This document shows positions 1 through 9,940 of a stretch of 64,000 nucleotides of DNA, piece by piece; position 1 is the stretch's first letter, and each line of letters begins with the position of its first letter. The DNA is taken from positions 62,001 through 126,000 of IMG/VR virus record IMGVR_UViG_3300042484_002457; one strand, given 5' to 3'. The notes below the pieces were generated by a model. It was given only the letters and a program-made list of their open reading frames with translations, had not been told where the DNA came from and ran no database searches. The translations under genes were made by a program, and so were the position numbers.

Positions 1-1
1 A

Positions 2-964
2 AGCATATCCAGTGCTGTGAATACTGCGGTGGAAATGAATGACACCATTGTCACGGCTCGATCCCGAGCTGAACTGACTTTTGAAGATGCCACCAAAGTA
101 AAAATTACCGAGCAGTCAAAGCTGATAATTGATGACTTCGTATACGACCCCAAGCAAGGAACAGGCAAGTTGGCCATGAAAGTGGCCTTGGGCACAGCTA
201 GATATGCATCGGGCCAAATAGCCAAAAATAATCCTCAACAGGTATCAGTCAAAACCCCTACAGCGTCAATTACTGTCAGGGGCACAGACTTTTCAATGAC
301 AGTGGACGAGTTAGGTCGTAGCCTTGTTATGCTACTGCCCAGCTGCGATGACAAAACGTGTGTGACTGGGGCTATTGAAGTCAGTAACGAGGCTGGCAGC
401 ATTTTGATGACCCAGGCCTATCAAGCCACCTTGGTTTCATCAGCAGACACTCTGCCTACAAGACCAGTTGTGTTAACCATTGATCAAGCCAACATCAACA
501 ACATGTTGATCATTAGCCGACCTCGGGAAATCAGCGAAGACAACCGAGACAACAAACGCGATGTTCGAACAGCCTTGGACGTGAATTTTCTTGATCAAGA
601 CTTTTTAAAACCTGCAGACTTGGACAATCAGCTGGATGCGTTTAATCAACTGGATCGCAATGAACTAGAAGATGACCTGTTGCCCAACGCATTGGATGCT
701 GTAAATGCTGCTTTGTCAGCCACGCAAGAAGCCATGTCAACTACACTCAGCATGCTACCGGGCTATGACGCAGGCTCAGGGTTGAAATGGCGCACAACCG
801 ATTCAGAACAGCTGGTTTTGACTAGATACAGCACTCATATTTTTGAACTAACTGTGCCCCGAGAACAAGGGGCAATCTTGGATCTACAACAGGACGGTAT
901 TCCTGTGTATCAAAAAATCAACACAGGTGGAACCACCACCATCACAGTTATCCAGAGTCAATAA
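2..964 (+). CDS. FecR-domain protein, 5'-truncated by the window edge
   Basis: Frame is open from base 2. FecR-like motifs D.I.T...RAEL.F.D.T.VKI.EQS.L and VKTPTASITVRGTDF. Confidence 0.8.
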   Translation, partial: SISSAVNTAVEMNDTIVTARSRAELTFEDATKVKITEQSKLIIDDFVYDPKQGTGKLAMKVALGTARYASGQIAKNNPQQVSVKTPTASITVRGTDFSMTVDELGRSLVMLLPSCDDKTCVTGAIEVSNEAGSILMTQAYQATLVSSADTLPTRPVVLTIDQANINNMLIISRPREISEDNRDNKRDVRTALDVNFLDQDFLKPADLDNQLDAFNQLDRNELEDDLLPNALDAVNAALSATQEAMSTTLSMLPGYDAGSGLKWRTTDSEQLVLTRYSTHIFELTVPREQGAILDLQQDGIPVYQKINTGGTTTITVIQSQ

Positions 965-991
965 ATACTATTATAAAAACAAGGAGCCATT

Positions 992-1273
992 GTGGGTGAA
1001 TTTTTTAAATTGGTAGCCGAAGTAGGCTTCCCGATAGCAGCAGCTATAGGTGCAGGATATTTTGTATTCTTGACATTGAAATTTATTTTGGCTGGCGTAA
1101 CCAGCAGCGTAAATGGTATCAAAGGCATCATTGGAGCACTGGACAATCGAGTCAAAACCATGAATCACGACGTGATACGCATTGACACTATTGTGAGCAA
1201 TGCTCTTGGACTTAGGCCTGATGTGGACCGTATTGCACGAGCAGATGGCAAGAACGATGCTCGGAGAGACTGA
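992..1273 (+). CDS. Small membrane protein, YvrJ/holin-like
   Basis: GFPI motif, one TM helix, then coiled coil. AAGGAG RBS. Paralogous to 1455..1778. Confidence 0.5.
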   Translation: MGEFFKLVAEVGFPIAAAIGAGYFVFLTLKFILAGVTSSVNGIKGIIGALDNRVKTMNHDVIRIDTIVSNALGLRPDVDRIARADGKNDARRD

Positions 1274-1455
1274 TGTTGTACTTTGATTATCATTGGGACC
1301 TAGACAAAGATGTTATGATTCCGGATCCTGAGTTGAATACTGACCAATTAGATTGGAAACCCGGGGACTTGTTTCAGGTTCAAGAATTCAATGGGAAGAA
1401 ATTTCTTTGCAGAGTTGACCCTTTGGTTAAATTTATACGAGATGGGGTAAAATAA
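1273..1455 (+). CDS. Hypothetical protein
   Basis: Stop/start-coupled to both neighbours. Confidence 0.6.
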   Translation: MLYFDYHWDLDKDVMIPDPELNTDQLDWKPGDLFQVQEFNGKKFLCRVDPLVKFIRDGVK

Positions 1456-1778
1456 TGGACATAGCTGAACTCATAAACAAATATGGTTTCCCAATCGTGG
1501 CAGCTGGTGGCACCGGGTATATGATATACTATGTGTGGGAGTGGGCCACAAAAGAAATCAAGCCTGTGCTGAGCGAAGCCAACACTACTCTGATTGCCTT
1601 GATTGATCGCATTCGTATGCTGGACAATGACTTGATACGTTTGAATCAAAAAGTCAACACTGTGCTTCATTTGCGTGGCAAAATCATTGAAAGCGAACGT
1701 GTACTAGAAGCTCAAAAAGTAGACAATGAAGCTGAAAAGAAGTTTGAAGCTGCGGTCAAGACTGACACACAGAAATAA
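1455..1778 (+). CDS. Small membrane protein, YvrJ/holin-like
   Basis: INKYGFPIVAA plus TM helix and coiled coil; paralog of 992..1273. Confidence 0.5.
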   Translation: MDIAELINKYGFPIVAAGGTGYMIYYVWEWATKEIKPVLSEANTTLIALIDRIRMLDNDLIRLNQKVNTVLHLRGKIIESERVLEAQKVDNEAEKKFEAAVKTDTQK

Positions 1779-1781
1779 TCA

Positions 1782-2495
1782 ATGCTAGAAATCATCCTAA
1801 CTTTGGTAATGACCCACATTACCATTATATGTGTTACTCTGTATCTACATCGCGGACAAGCACATCGTGGCATTGAATTTGATCCTGTACTAGAGCATTT
1901 TATGCGTGCTTGGCTGTGGCTCACAACAGGCATGGTAACCAAACAGTGGGTGGCCATACATCGCAAACATCATAGATACTGTGAGCAATCCAACGATCCG
2001 CACAGTCCTCATGTGTACGGAATCTGGCGTGTGCTGTTTGGCGGTGCTGGGCTGTATCACACAGCTTCTCAAGATCAACTATTAGTTGACAGCTACGGTG
2101 TAGGCACTCCCAATGACTGGATTGAACAACACATTTATACACCACACAGCCGGTTGGGAATAATACTGTTACTGGTTGTGGAAGTTCTGTTGTTCAATGG
2201 TTGGGGAATTGTGATGTGGTTGGTGCAAATGGCCTGGATTCCGTTCTGGGCAGCAGGAGTCATCAACGGTGTTGGTCATTGGTGGGGTTATCGTAATGGC
2301 GAAACTAAAGATAACAGCAGGAACATTAGTCCTTGGGGTATTATTATTGGTGGCGAATGCCTTCATAATAACCATCATCTGGATCCTGCTAACCCTAAAC
2401 TAAGCCGTCGCTGGTTTGAATTTGATATTGGATGGGCGTATCTGCAAATATTGCGCGGTGCCAATTTGGCACGCCTTAGAACGAACGAGAAATAA
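1782..2495 (+). CDS. Membrane fatty-acid (delta-9 type) desaturase
   Basis: Three His boxes HRGQAH, HRKHH, HNNHH; C-terminal WFEFDIGW. Confidence 0.92.
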   Translation: MLEIILTLVMTHITIICVTLYLHRGQAHRGIEFDPVLEHFMRAWLWLTTGMVTKQWVAIHRKHHRYCEQSNDPHSPHVYGIWRVLFGGAGLYHTASQDQLLVDSYGVGTPNDWIEQHIYTPHSRLGIILLLVVEVLLFNGWGIVMWLVQMAWIPFWAAGVINGVGHWWGYRNGETKDNSRNISPWGIIIGGECLHNNHHLDPANPKLSRRWFEFDIGWAYLQILRGANLARLRTNEK

Positions 2496-3174
2496 ATTCA
2501 GCTTCGGGCACACGAGTATGTGTGTTTTTGCTTCCCAACAAAATAACAATTCGTTGTCCGACCACAGTGTCTAACATCATTACAATACATCCGCCAGCAG
2601 CTCGTATGTAACCAGTTTTGCTTATTGTATAAGTTTGATTCACTAGACGATTGGTGTTATAAATCATTGTTTTTCCAATGCGTAGCACTGCGGACTGACT
2701 GGATTCTACAATTTCTTTATAGTTTTTGGCGGCCAGTACCATGGCCACTAAGTCTCTACCAGTGCTTATATTCATTACGCCAAGCCCGGTAGAATCTACA
2801 AATTTTGTATGACGCATGTTTAATGTCCGTGCCTTGGCATTCATTGCCAGCAAGCAACTGTCTCGACCGCCAGGATAATTGCGACATAGTGTAGCTGCTG
2901 CATTATTATCACTTTTAATCAGTGCCAATTGCAGCAGCTGACGGCGTGTGTGCAGACCTATTTTTTTATCAAGATCTTGCTGTGCATCAAGAACCACCAT
3001 GGCAGTCATTAATTTAGTGATACTGGCAATGCTGCGTAGTTCGTGTGAATTTGATTCTTGTAGTATAGCCCCTGCTTGATCAGCAACCACCCAAGAATGT
3101 GCAGTGACTGTGACGGCTGATGCAGTAACTGCAAAAAACGACACCACTAACGCAAACACATAGTTCATGATCAC
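2476..3174 (-). CDS. D-alanyl-D-alanine endo/carboxypeptidase, peptidase S11 (PBP7-like)
   Basis: Signal peptide; SxxK (ASITK), SxN (SDN) and KTG motifs. Confidence 0.9.
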   Translation of the reverse strand: MIMNYVFALVVSFFAVTASAVTVTAHSWVVADQAGAILQESNSHELRSIASITKLMTAMVVLDAQQDLDKKIGLHTRRQLLQLALIKSDNNAAATLCRNYPGGRDSCLLAMNAKARTLNMRHTKFVDSTGLGVMNISTGRDLVAMVLAAKNYKEIVESSQSAVLRIGKTMIYNTNRLVNQTYTISKTGYIRAAGGCIVMMLDTVVGQRIVILLGSKNTHTRVPEAEFISRSF

Positions 3175-5222
3175 TTGCTGGTAGCTCGGTATATTCCGTC
3201 CCAGTCACTGGGCAAGCGTGCTGAACGTAGGTCTTGTATGCGTTCAATCATGGCATCATAATAGGCTTCGAACTCATGATCAAATTCTGTTTTAAGATGT
3301 TGAGCCAATTCTGCCGCCGCTGCCCACTTTTGTGCACGGTACAGTTGTAAGAATCGTGTATGATCTTGCTTGGCCTCAGCATGCGAGCCGCTGGGTGCGG
3401 CCAAAACTGTGTAGATGCGCACACCTTGTATTTTGCCTTTGACAGCAATTTCATCCAGTTCTAAAGTAAAGAAATTGGTCTGTACATGGCGTGCTGTTTG
3501 CTCACCTAGAACAATTTTGACACCATACGGCTTAGACTGGCCCTCGAGTCTTGACGCCAAATTAACACCGTCGCCAAGACAAGTGTAATCAAACCGCTGA
3601 CTGCTACCCATGTTACCCACAACAACGGTGGCACTATTAATGCCAAGACCCATACCAAAAGGTGGTACGCCTTCTCTTGTAATTTCTGCGTTGAATGCAT
3701 CTAAACTTCCTATCATTTCCAGTGCTGTTTCCACGGCGTGTCGTGCATGATCAGCATCGTCCAAGGGTGCGTTCCAAAATGCCATTTGTGCGTCACCAAT
3801 GTATTTGTCCAGGGTACCATTGTTTTCAATTATTTTGGCAGTCATAGCAGTCATGTAACGATTCATGATCCGAGTCAAGCCCTGAACGTCTTTACCGTAG
3901 TGTTCGCTTATTGTAGTAAATCCGCGAACGTCTGTAAACATAATTGACAACTCGCGTTCTTCTCCGCCTAATTGCAGCAGTTCAGGATTCTGTTGCAATT
4001 TCTCCACCATGGCCGGACTCAAGTATGTGCCAAACTGTTTCTTTATTTGTTGCTTTTGTAAGAACTCTGAAACGAACTTGACCCCGTAGGCATGCAGAGC
4101 GACCAGGATTGTGCCACTTGCAAAGGCAGTTGCGTCGAATAGCCATAAATGATTGCCAAATGCGTACCTACTACCAGCAATGCCAGCAGCACATAAAATA
4201 ATAACTGTCGCCAATCCAACATAAGTCCACCTTGTTAAAATTAATAATACAATACCTGCCACAGCAATGGCCAAGATTTCCGCACCATCTGCGTAGTCGG
4301 GACGCACAATGTTTGTGCCTGAGGCCAAGGTATCTAGTACAGCGGCCTGCAAGTGGTGCGGATATACTTCTCCTCTTGCAGTGCTGACTGGGTTGTTGAG
4401 CCCAGCTGCGGTGAGCCCAACAATGACGATTCCACCTTGGAAATCCTTTGGCAGATCAGCCAAGGAGTGCTCCTGTGGTCGGGATGCCCAATCCACCCAG
4501 ATTCTACCGTAGTTGTCTGTTGCAATTTTTCCAAATTGTGGAATTCTAACTGCTTCAATAACTCCTGCATTGACTCGAACCTGGAAGCTGGGGTCACCAG
4601 CGGCAACTCTAAGGGTTTCGAGACTGATTGAGGGGTAGAGCTGCCCGTTGACTGCAACAACCTGGGGGACTCGGCGTACGACGCCGTCCACTTCAGGCAA
4701 AGTGTTAACAATACCAATACCGCTTGCTGCTTCATTTAGGGACCTCACATTGGGTTGAATGTTTCTGTAGGGAATTCCAGGGTTGCCATCGCCTATTACA
4801 GAAACTCCTGGGCGATATGGTGGGTGCTGTGCCTTGACGGTGTTATTGGTGGCCACATGCGGAAGCACCACTGTGCTCTTTTGCAGCTGGCGAGACAAGG
4901 CAACATCTTGACCAAATCTATCAGCATCAGGCATAAAAATGTTAAACACAATTACACCAGCGTTGCGATTTTCTAGATCACGTATGATGTCGGCGTATTG
5001 ATTTCTGGGAAAAGGAAATTGACCACGTTGTTCAATTGCAGCATCGTCAATGTTGACCACGTGCACCAGTTTGCTGGTGTCTACTGGTTTGCTGGTGATT
5101 AGCGTGTCAAAATAACGCAGTCTCACGCTTTCCACAAATGCAGTGTCTGCAATACGTATGCCCAACACCAAGATCAAGGTGAAGATAGCAGTCCAAGGAG
5201 TTAGTAGTATTTTTTTCCACAT
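3171..5222 (-). CDS. CHASE2-domain class III adenylate cyclase
   Basis: Periplasmic CHASE2 (DGVVRRVP), three TM helices, FTDVRGFT, DKYIGDA, GDGVNLASRLE. Lys/Asp residues indicate ATP specificity. Confidence 0.93.
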   Translation of the reverse strand: MWKKILLTPWTAIFTLILVLGIRIADTAFVESVRLRYFDTLITSKPVDTSKLVHVVNIDDAAIEQRGQFPFPRNQYADIIRDLENRNAGVIVFNIFMPDADRFGQDVALSRQLQKSTVVLPHVATNNTVKAQHPPYRPGVSVIGDGNPGIPYRNIQPNVRSLNEAASGIGIVNTLPEVDGVVRRVPQVVAVNGQLYPSISLETLRVAAGDPSFQVRVNAGVIEAVRIPQFGKIATDNYGRIWVDWASRPQEHSLADLPKDFQGGIVIVGLTAAGLNNPVSTARGEVYPHHLQAAVLDTLASGTNIVRPDYADGAEILAIAVAGIVLLILTRWTYVGLATVIILCAAGIAGSRYAFGNHLWLFDATAFASGTILVALHAYGVKFVSEFLQKQQIKKQFGTYLSPAMVEKLQQNPELLQLGGEERELSIMFTDVRGFTTISEHYGKDVQGLTRIMNRYMTAMTAKIIENNGTLDKYIGDAQMAFWNAPLDDADHARHAVETALEMIGSLDAFNAEITREGVPPFGMGLGINSATVVVGNMGSSQRFDYTCLGDGVNLASRLEGQSKPYGVKIVLGEQTARHVQTNFFTLELDEIAVKGKIQGVRIYTVLAAPSGSHAEAKQDHTRFLQLYRAQKWAAAAELAQHLKTEFDHEFEAYYDAMIERIQDLRSARLPSDWDGIYRATSK

Positions 5223-5229
5223 CTAATAT

Positions 5230-5304
5230 TTATTGGGGCTGTGTTGGCACAGGCTCAGGCGGATGTGGTGGATGTCGTGGAGGGCGATGGCTAAACCAAC
5301 TCAT
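5230..5304 (-). CDS. 24-aa Pro/His/Arg-rich peptide MSWFSHRPPRHPPHPPEPVPTQPQ (not in ORF track)
   Basis: Translated by hand; AAGGA RBS upstream; fills the gap between two minus-strand genes. Confidence 0.55.
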   Translation of the reverse strand: MSWFSHRPPRHPPHPPEPVPTQPQ

Positions 5305-5323
5305 AATGATTCCTTTGTGTTAC

Positions 5324-6547
5324 TTAACTGCTGGAGTCAAAAGTTAATAACCCAGTTAAATTTTTTGTGTTATTTTCCACGTGGTGTATGGTCTTGACAT
5401 ACTCTTCAGGAGAACACAATGATTTAAAAATAAGTCTATTACTGTTAAAATATCTAGCAGAGTTGTGTTCAGCAGCTTGAGTTAGAGCCACTGATAGATT
5501 GGTTTTGTATTCTTGTAGAATTTGTTGAAAGAATTCTTGACTAAAAAACCTTTGTTTATTAAAATCGGCTATGTGATTGAGTTGTGCAAGTAACTTTAGT
5601 TGCAGTGTTGGAGGTAAATTAGATATTCTTTTCATTTCTGCTACCACAGCTTGCAGACGCTCAAGTGGGTCCTTGATGATGTTGTATGTTTCGTCAATAT
5701 ACGGGGAAAAAGTTTTAAACCCATAACTTTGCAAGTAGTCAAGACTGCCAGCACTTGCTGCCAACATAAAAGGTTGACCACACGCAATTGGTCTCAAGGA
5801 TTTTTCAGTAAGATGCCAGCGTTGGTCATCAAACAGTGTTTCAAGCACAACCTCAATATGTGTCCGGTTGTAATCTCTAGAATCATAATCGGCACTGGCT
5901 GCACTGCTGATTTGATTGATATAAAAATGATCTTCAAGATTGTGTTTTTCTATACAAAAATCAGCATTGCTGAATTTGTGTTCTCTGTAGTCCAGGTCCT
6001 GGTCCTGAGGATTAAACCCCATGTGGCATTGATTTGCAAGTTCTGCGTTGACCACTAATTCAGCAAATTTTAATCGATATTCTCTAGTGCCTGCCCAGGC
6101 TCGATTATAAATCAAGAATAGTCGGTCAACGTTCTTTTGACCCAACGCAGGATCATGCCCGGCAAATCGATACCAATCCTGTGCAATCAAGGCATGACTC
6201 CAGTAGTAGACTGGTATAGCTCCGGAACTTGTAAATTTTTCTAGTTCTGGACTCTGCTGCTCACTGTGCAGCAACAAAGCTCGATCATAAAAGTTAAACA
6301 TGTTGTAGACGTAGTATCTGAACACACCAATTTTGGATGCAATTGGTGGCCAATCTGAAAAATTCAAAGGTTCTTGGTCATGACAAATCAGCGGCAGCCT
6401 TGACATTTCTTCAAATCTTGTGCAGTGAAACAACGGTTTGCAATCTTCTGTTTTTTTTGAGCCATGTGGAAACCAGCGATAAATTATTACGTCCTGGTCG
6501 CAATGATCATGTAAAAAATTGTATAATCTATCTAAAGGAATGCTAAT
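5324..6547 (-). CDS. Hypothetical protein, possibly glycosyltransferase-like; probable ATT start
   Basis: C-terminal VLET...LTEKSLRPI...PFML motif shared with 11957..13063. GGAG lies 6 nt before ATT at 6547. Confidence 0.55.
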   Translation of the reverse strand: MSIPLDRLYNFLHDHCDQDVIIYRWFPHGSKKTEDCKPLFHCTRFEEMSRLPLICHDQEPLNFSDWPPIASKIGVFRYYVYNMFNFYDRALLLHSEQQSPELEKFTSSGAIPVYYWSHALIAQDWYRFAGHDPALGQKNVDRLFLIYNRAWAGTREYRLKFAELVVNAELANQCHMGFNPQDQDLDYREHKFSNADFCIEKHNLEDHFYINQISSAASADYDSRDYNRTHIEVVLETLFDDQRWHLTEKSLRPIACGQPFMLAASAGSLDYLQSYGFKTFSPYIDETYNIIKDPLERLQAVVAEMKRISNLPPTLQLKLLAQLNHIADFNKQRFFSQEFFQQILQEYKTNLSVALTQAAEHNSARYFNSNRLIFKSLCSPEEYVKTIHHVENNTKNLTGLLTFDSSS

Positions 6548-6595
6548 TTTCTTCTCCGTATAAATTGGTTTTATTGGTATTGGTATAAATATTGC

Positions 6596-7264
6596 ATGAC
6601 TAATTCCTACCAACCTTATACATACTTAATTGGCTGGGCCACCCAACATAAATTTTACTATGGTGTGCGATATGCAAAAAATTGTAGCCCAACAGATTTG
6701 TGGAGTAAGTATTTTACTTCATCAAAAGAAGTAGCAGCAATGAAAACAGTTTATGGAGATCCTGACATTATACAAGTTAGAAAAGTATTCTTAACTAAAG
6801 AGCATGCTAGACTCTGGGAAAACAAAGTGTTGCGAAGATTAAAAGTTGTGTCTCGAGAAGATTTCCTTAATAAAAACGATGCTCCTGCTCCTCCAATTAA
6901 TAATCGAGTAATGTCAGAAATTACTAAGACTAAAATTGGCACAGTGCATAAGGGAAAACCAAAATCTGAAGAGCACAAGCAAAAAATTAGAGAAGCACGG
7001 GCAAAGCAGGTCAATACCAGAAAAGGACAACGTGCAACAGAAGAAACAAAGCAAAAACTTAGAGAAGCAAATTTAGGAAAAACATATTCAGAAGATGTTA
7101 ATTCTAAAAAAGGTCAAAAAAAGGATTTGCATTGGACTTATGGAAAACCTCGAACAGAAGAAACAAAGCAAAAACTTAGAGAAGCAAATTTAGGAAAAGT
7201 TTTGTCAGAAGAAACAAAACAAAAAATGCGTGGACCAAGATTGAAATTAAAGGAAATTAAATGA
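6596..7264 (+). mobile_element. Free-standing GIY-YIG-like homing endonuclease with NUMOD3 repeats
   Basis: YTYLIGW...YYGVR N-terminus; repeated (S/T)EETKQK(L/I)REA motifs; more A-rich than flanks. Confidence 0.8.
7036..7198 (+). repeat. 46-bp perfect direct repeat (7036-7081 and 7153-7198)
   Basis: aacagaagaaacaaagcaaaaacttagagaagcaaatttaggaaaa occurs twice; encodes a duplicated NUMOD3 motif. Confidence 0.9.
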
Positions 7265-8505
7265 AAAAATGCAAGGTGGGATTCATCGGAATTGGGAAAT
7301 TAGGTTTAGATTGTGCTGAAGTCATGGCTGAGAAGCATGAAGTCAGAGGTTACGATATTTACCCACGCACCAGTGACTCAGTAAAAGTATGTGACATTGA
7401 TGAACTTGTGAACGAAAGCGAATGGATTTTTATTGCTGTGCCCACACCACATGCTGAAGGCTATGATGGCAGTGTGCCTAGCTCGCACATGGAGCCTCGA
7501 GACTTTGGACACGATGCTGTGATTGATGCTATCAAGAACATCAACCAGCATGCTCGCGGTCCCAAAAAGGTTGTGTTGATCAGCACAGTGTTGCCGGGCA
7601 CCACACGCCGCAAGTTTTATCCATTGTTAGACCAGCAACATCAGTTCTTGTACAACCCTTACCTGATTGCCATGGGTAGTGTGAAATGGGACATGGTCAA
7701 CCCTGAAATGGTCATGATTGGCACCGAAGATGGCAACCCCAATGCCTTGGCCGGTGAGCTGATTGACCTGTACAAAACAATCATGGAAAATGATCCACGC
7801 TACGAAATTGGCACCTGGGACGAATGTGAAGCCATCAAGATCTTCTACAACACTTTCATATCAGCCAAGGTGGGACTGGTGAACATGATTCAAGATTTTG
7901 CCATGCGAATCGGCAACATCAACGTGGACGTTGTAACAGATGCTCTGGCCCGATCAACCATGCGTATCATGGGGCCCAAGTACATGACTGCTGGCATGGG
8001 CGATGCAGGTGCATGCCACCCACGTGACAACATTGCGTTGCGTTGGTTGGCCAAAGAATACAACATTGGCTACGACTTGTTTGATACAGTGATGCATGCC
8101 CGGGAAATTCAAGCTCAGAATCTTGCACTGTTCCTTGTGGATATTTCAGTAACCAACAACATGCCCATTGTTATTCACGGCAAAGCCTACAAGCCCAATG
8201 TGCCTTACTGTATTGGCAGTTATAGTACTCTGGTGGGTCACTACATTGAGCAAGCAGGAAAAACCGTGGTGTATGTAGACCCATTAGCCGATGATCGCGC
8301 CAACTGTGTGGACAATGTTACAGAGCCTGCTGTTATTTTAATGGCACACAACCGTAACATCACGTTTGGCTACACTGGCGAACAAGCAGCCGACCCTGAC
8401 TATTTTGAATTCCGGCCAGGATCAATCGTGGTAGATCCTTTCCGCAAAGAAGCTGATCGTGCAGGCATCAAGGTTGTTCACTATGGCAACACACGGAGTT
8501 CTTAA
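7261..8505 (+). CDS. UDP-glucose/GDP-mannose dehydrogenase family
   Basis: GxGxxG (GIGKLG), FIAVPTP, catalytic Lys in KIFYNTF, GACHPRD. Confidence 0.9.
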   Translation: MKKCKVGFIGIGKLGLDCAEVMAEKHEVRGYDIYPRTSDSVKVCDIDELVNESEWIFIAVPTPHAEGYDGSVPSSHMEPRDFGHDAVIDAIKNINQHARGPKKVVLISTVLPGTTRRKFYPLLDQQHQFLYNPYLIAMGSVKWDMVNPEMVMIGTEDGNPNALAGELIDLYKTIMENDPRYEIGTWDECEAIKIFYNTFISAKVGLVNMIQDFAMRIGNINVDVVTDALARSTMRIMGPKYMTAGMGDAGACHPRDNIALRWLAKEYNIGYDLFDTVMHAREIQAQNLALFLVDISVTNNMPIVIHGKAYKPNVPYCIGSYSTLVGHYIEQAGKTVVYVDPLADDRANCVDNVTEPAVILMAHNRNITFGYTGEQAADPDYFEFRPGSIVVDPFRKEADRAGIKVVHYGNTRSS

Positions 8506-9001
8506 ATATCATATTCCAAAGTTTTGGGATGATGAGTTCAAGCAGCTCAACTACATCAACGAAACCTTTAATGATACAGAAAGTCTAAAGCGGTGGACAG
8601 CTCTAGGCTATGCCAACAAGTTCACCGGAGACATGTGCAACATGCGCAGTCCCCAACCCACTTGGAATCACCGGTTTATTAAAATCTATCAAGAAATGGG
8701 CTGGAAAGATATTGGTACCAGCTACTATAGAATGGCCACTGGAACCATACTGCCCACACACAGTGACTTGTATCTTCGTTATATTGAATTGTTCAAACTA
8801 CAAGGGCAAGAACAACGTATACGCAGAGCCATTGTGTTCTTGGAAGACTGGTGTCCAGGCCACTATTTTGAAAGTTGTGATGTGCCCAAGACACAGTGGC
8901 AGGCCGGCGATGTTGTAGAGTGGCAGTATGATGCATCGCACTTGGCAGCTAATCTCGGACTAGAACCAAGATACACACTTCAGATAACGGGATGGGTATG
9001 A
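8483..9001 (+). CDS. 2OG-Fe(II)/cupin-like oxygenase
   Basis: HxD (PTHSD) and distal His (SHLAAN) followed by RYTLQITG. Confidence 0.6.
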   Translation: MATHGVLKYHIPKFWDDEFKQLNYINETFNDTESLKRWTALGYANKFTGDMCNMRSPQPTWNHRFIKIYQEMGWKDIGTSYYRMATGTILPTHSDLYLRYIELFKLQGQEQRIRRAIVFLEDWCPGHYFESCDVPKTQWQAGDVVEWQYDASHLAANLGLEPRYTLQITGWV

Positions 9002-9909
9002 TCAAAAGTTATGATGAGTGGAGTCCACTCAAACGCATAGTGGTCGGAGATGCCACTCACGCCAATTGGCCAGTGCATGATCCTGTTTTCAAACTGGAAA
9101 GCAACAAAACAACCTGGAAAGAATCAGCAGTACCCCGGGGACCTGTGCCTCAAAACATAATTGACGAAGCCAACGAAGACTTGGATGGTCTTGCAACGAC
9201 CCTGATGAGCCTAGGTGTAGATGTAGTACGCCCGGATCCACTCAACTTTCAAGTTCACGACGGCATGTATAATTATTGTCCCCGGGACCGACTGCTGGTG
9301 TATGGTGATACCATTGTGAATCCCGCCATGATGTATCCTTGCAGAGACATGGAATTTCAATGTTATCACGACATTGTAGACGAGGCTGCTCATTATCATC
9401 TTATGCCCAGAAACAAAGGCATAATCCTAGACGCAGCCAATGTATGCAGACTTGGGGACAAAATGCTATTCTTGGAATCTGCGTCAGGCAATCGAGCAGC
9501 TTATGATTGGTTGTGCAGTGTGTTTCCCAATGTCAAAATTGAACTGTGCAACTTCTATACTGGGGTGCACATAGACTCAACCATTGTGCCCTTGAGAGAA
9601 GGCTTGGTCATGCTCAATGCCAGCCGAGTCAATAGTGAAAATGTGCCTGGAGTTTTTGAAAAATGGGAAAAGATCTGGGTTGAAGATGTTGTTGCCCAGG
9701 GCTTTTACCAATATCCCTATGCATCAAAATGGATTGCCATGAACATGTTGGTTGTGAATCCTACCACAGTGATCTGTGACCGACACCAAACTGACCTAAT
9801 AACCACCTTGCAAAAACATGGTTTTGAAGTGATTGTACATGAGCTGCGACACAGCCGAACTCTAGGTGGTGGATTTCACTGTGTGACCCTGGATCTTGAG
9901 CGCGGTTGA
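8998..9909 (+). CDS. Amidinotransferase (glycine/inosamine-phosphate type)
   Basis: SYDEWSPL, CPRD, DAAN, HIDST, GGGFHC catalytic motifs. Confidence 0.88.
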   Translation: MIKSYDEWSPLKRIVVGDATHANWPVHDPVFKLESNKTTWKESAVPRGPVPQNIIDEANEDLDGLATTLMSLGVDVVRPDPLNFQVHDGMYNYCPRDRLLVYGDTIVNPAMMYPCRDMEFQCYHDIVDEAAHYHLMPRNKGIILDAANVCRLGDKMLFLESASGNRAAYDWLCSVFPNVKIELCNFYTGVHIDSTIVPLREGLVMLNASRVNSENVPGVFEKWEKIWVEDVVAQGFYQYPYASKWIAMNMLVVNPTTVICDRHQTDLITTLQKHGFEVIVHELRHSRTLGGGFHCVTLDLERG

Positions 9910-9940
9910 CCATTATTGTGATTTGTCATATAATACATGT

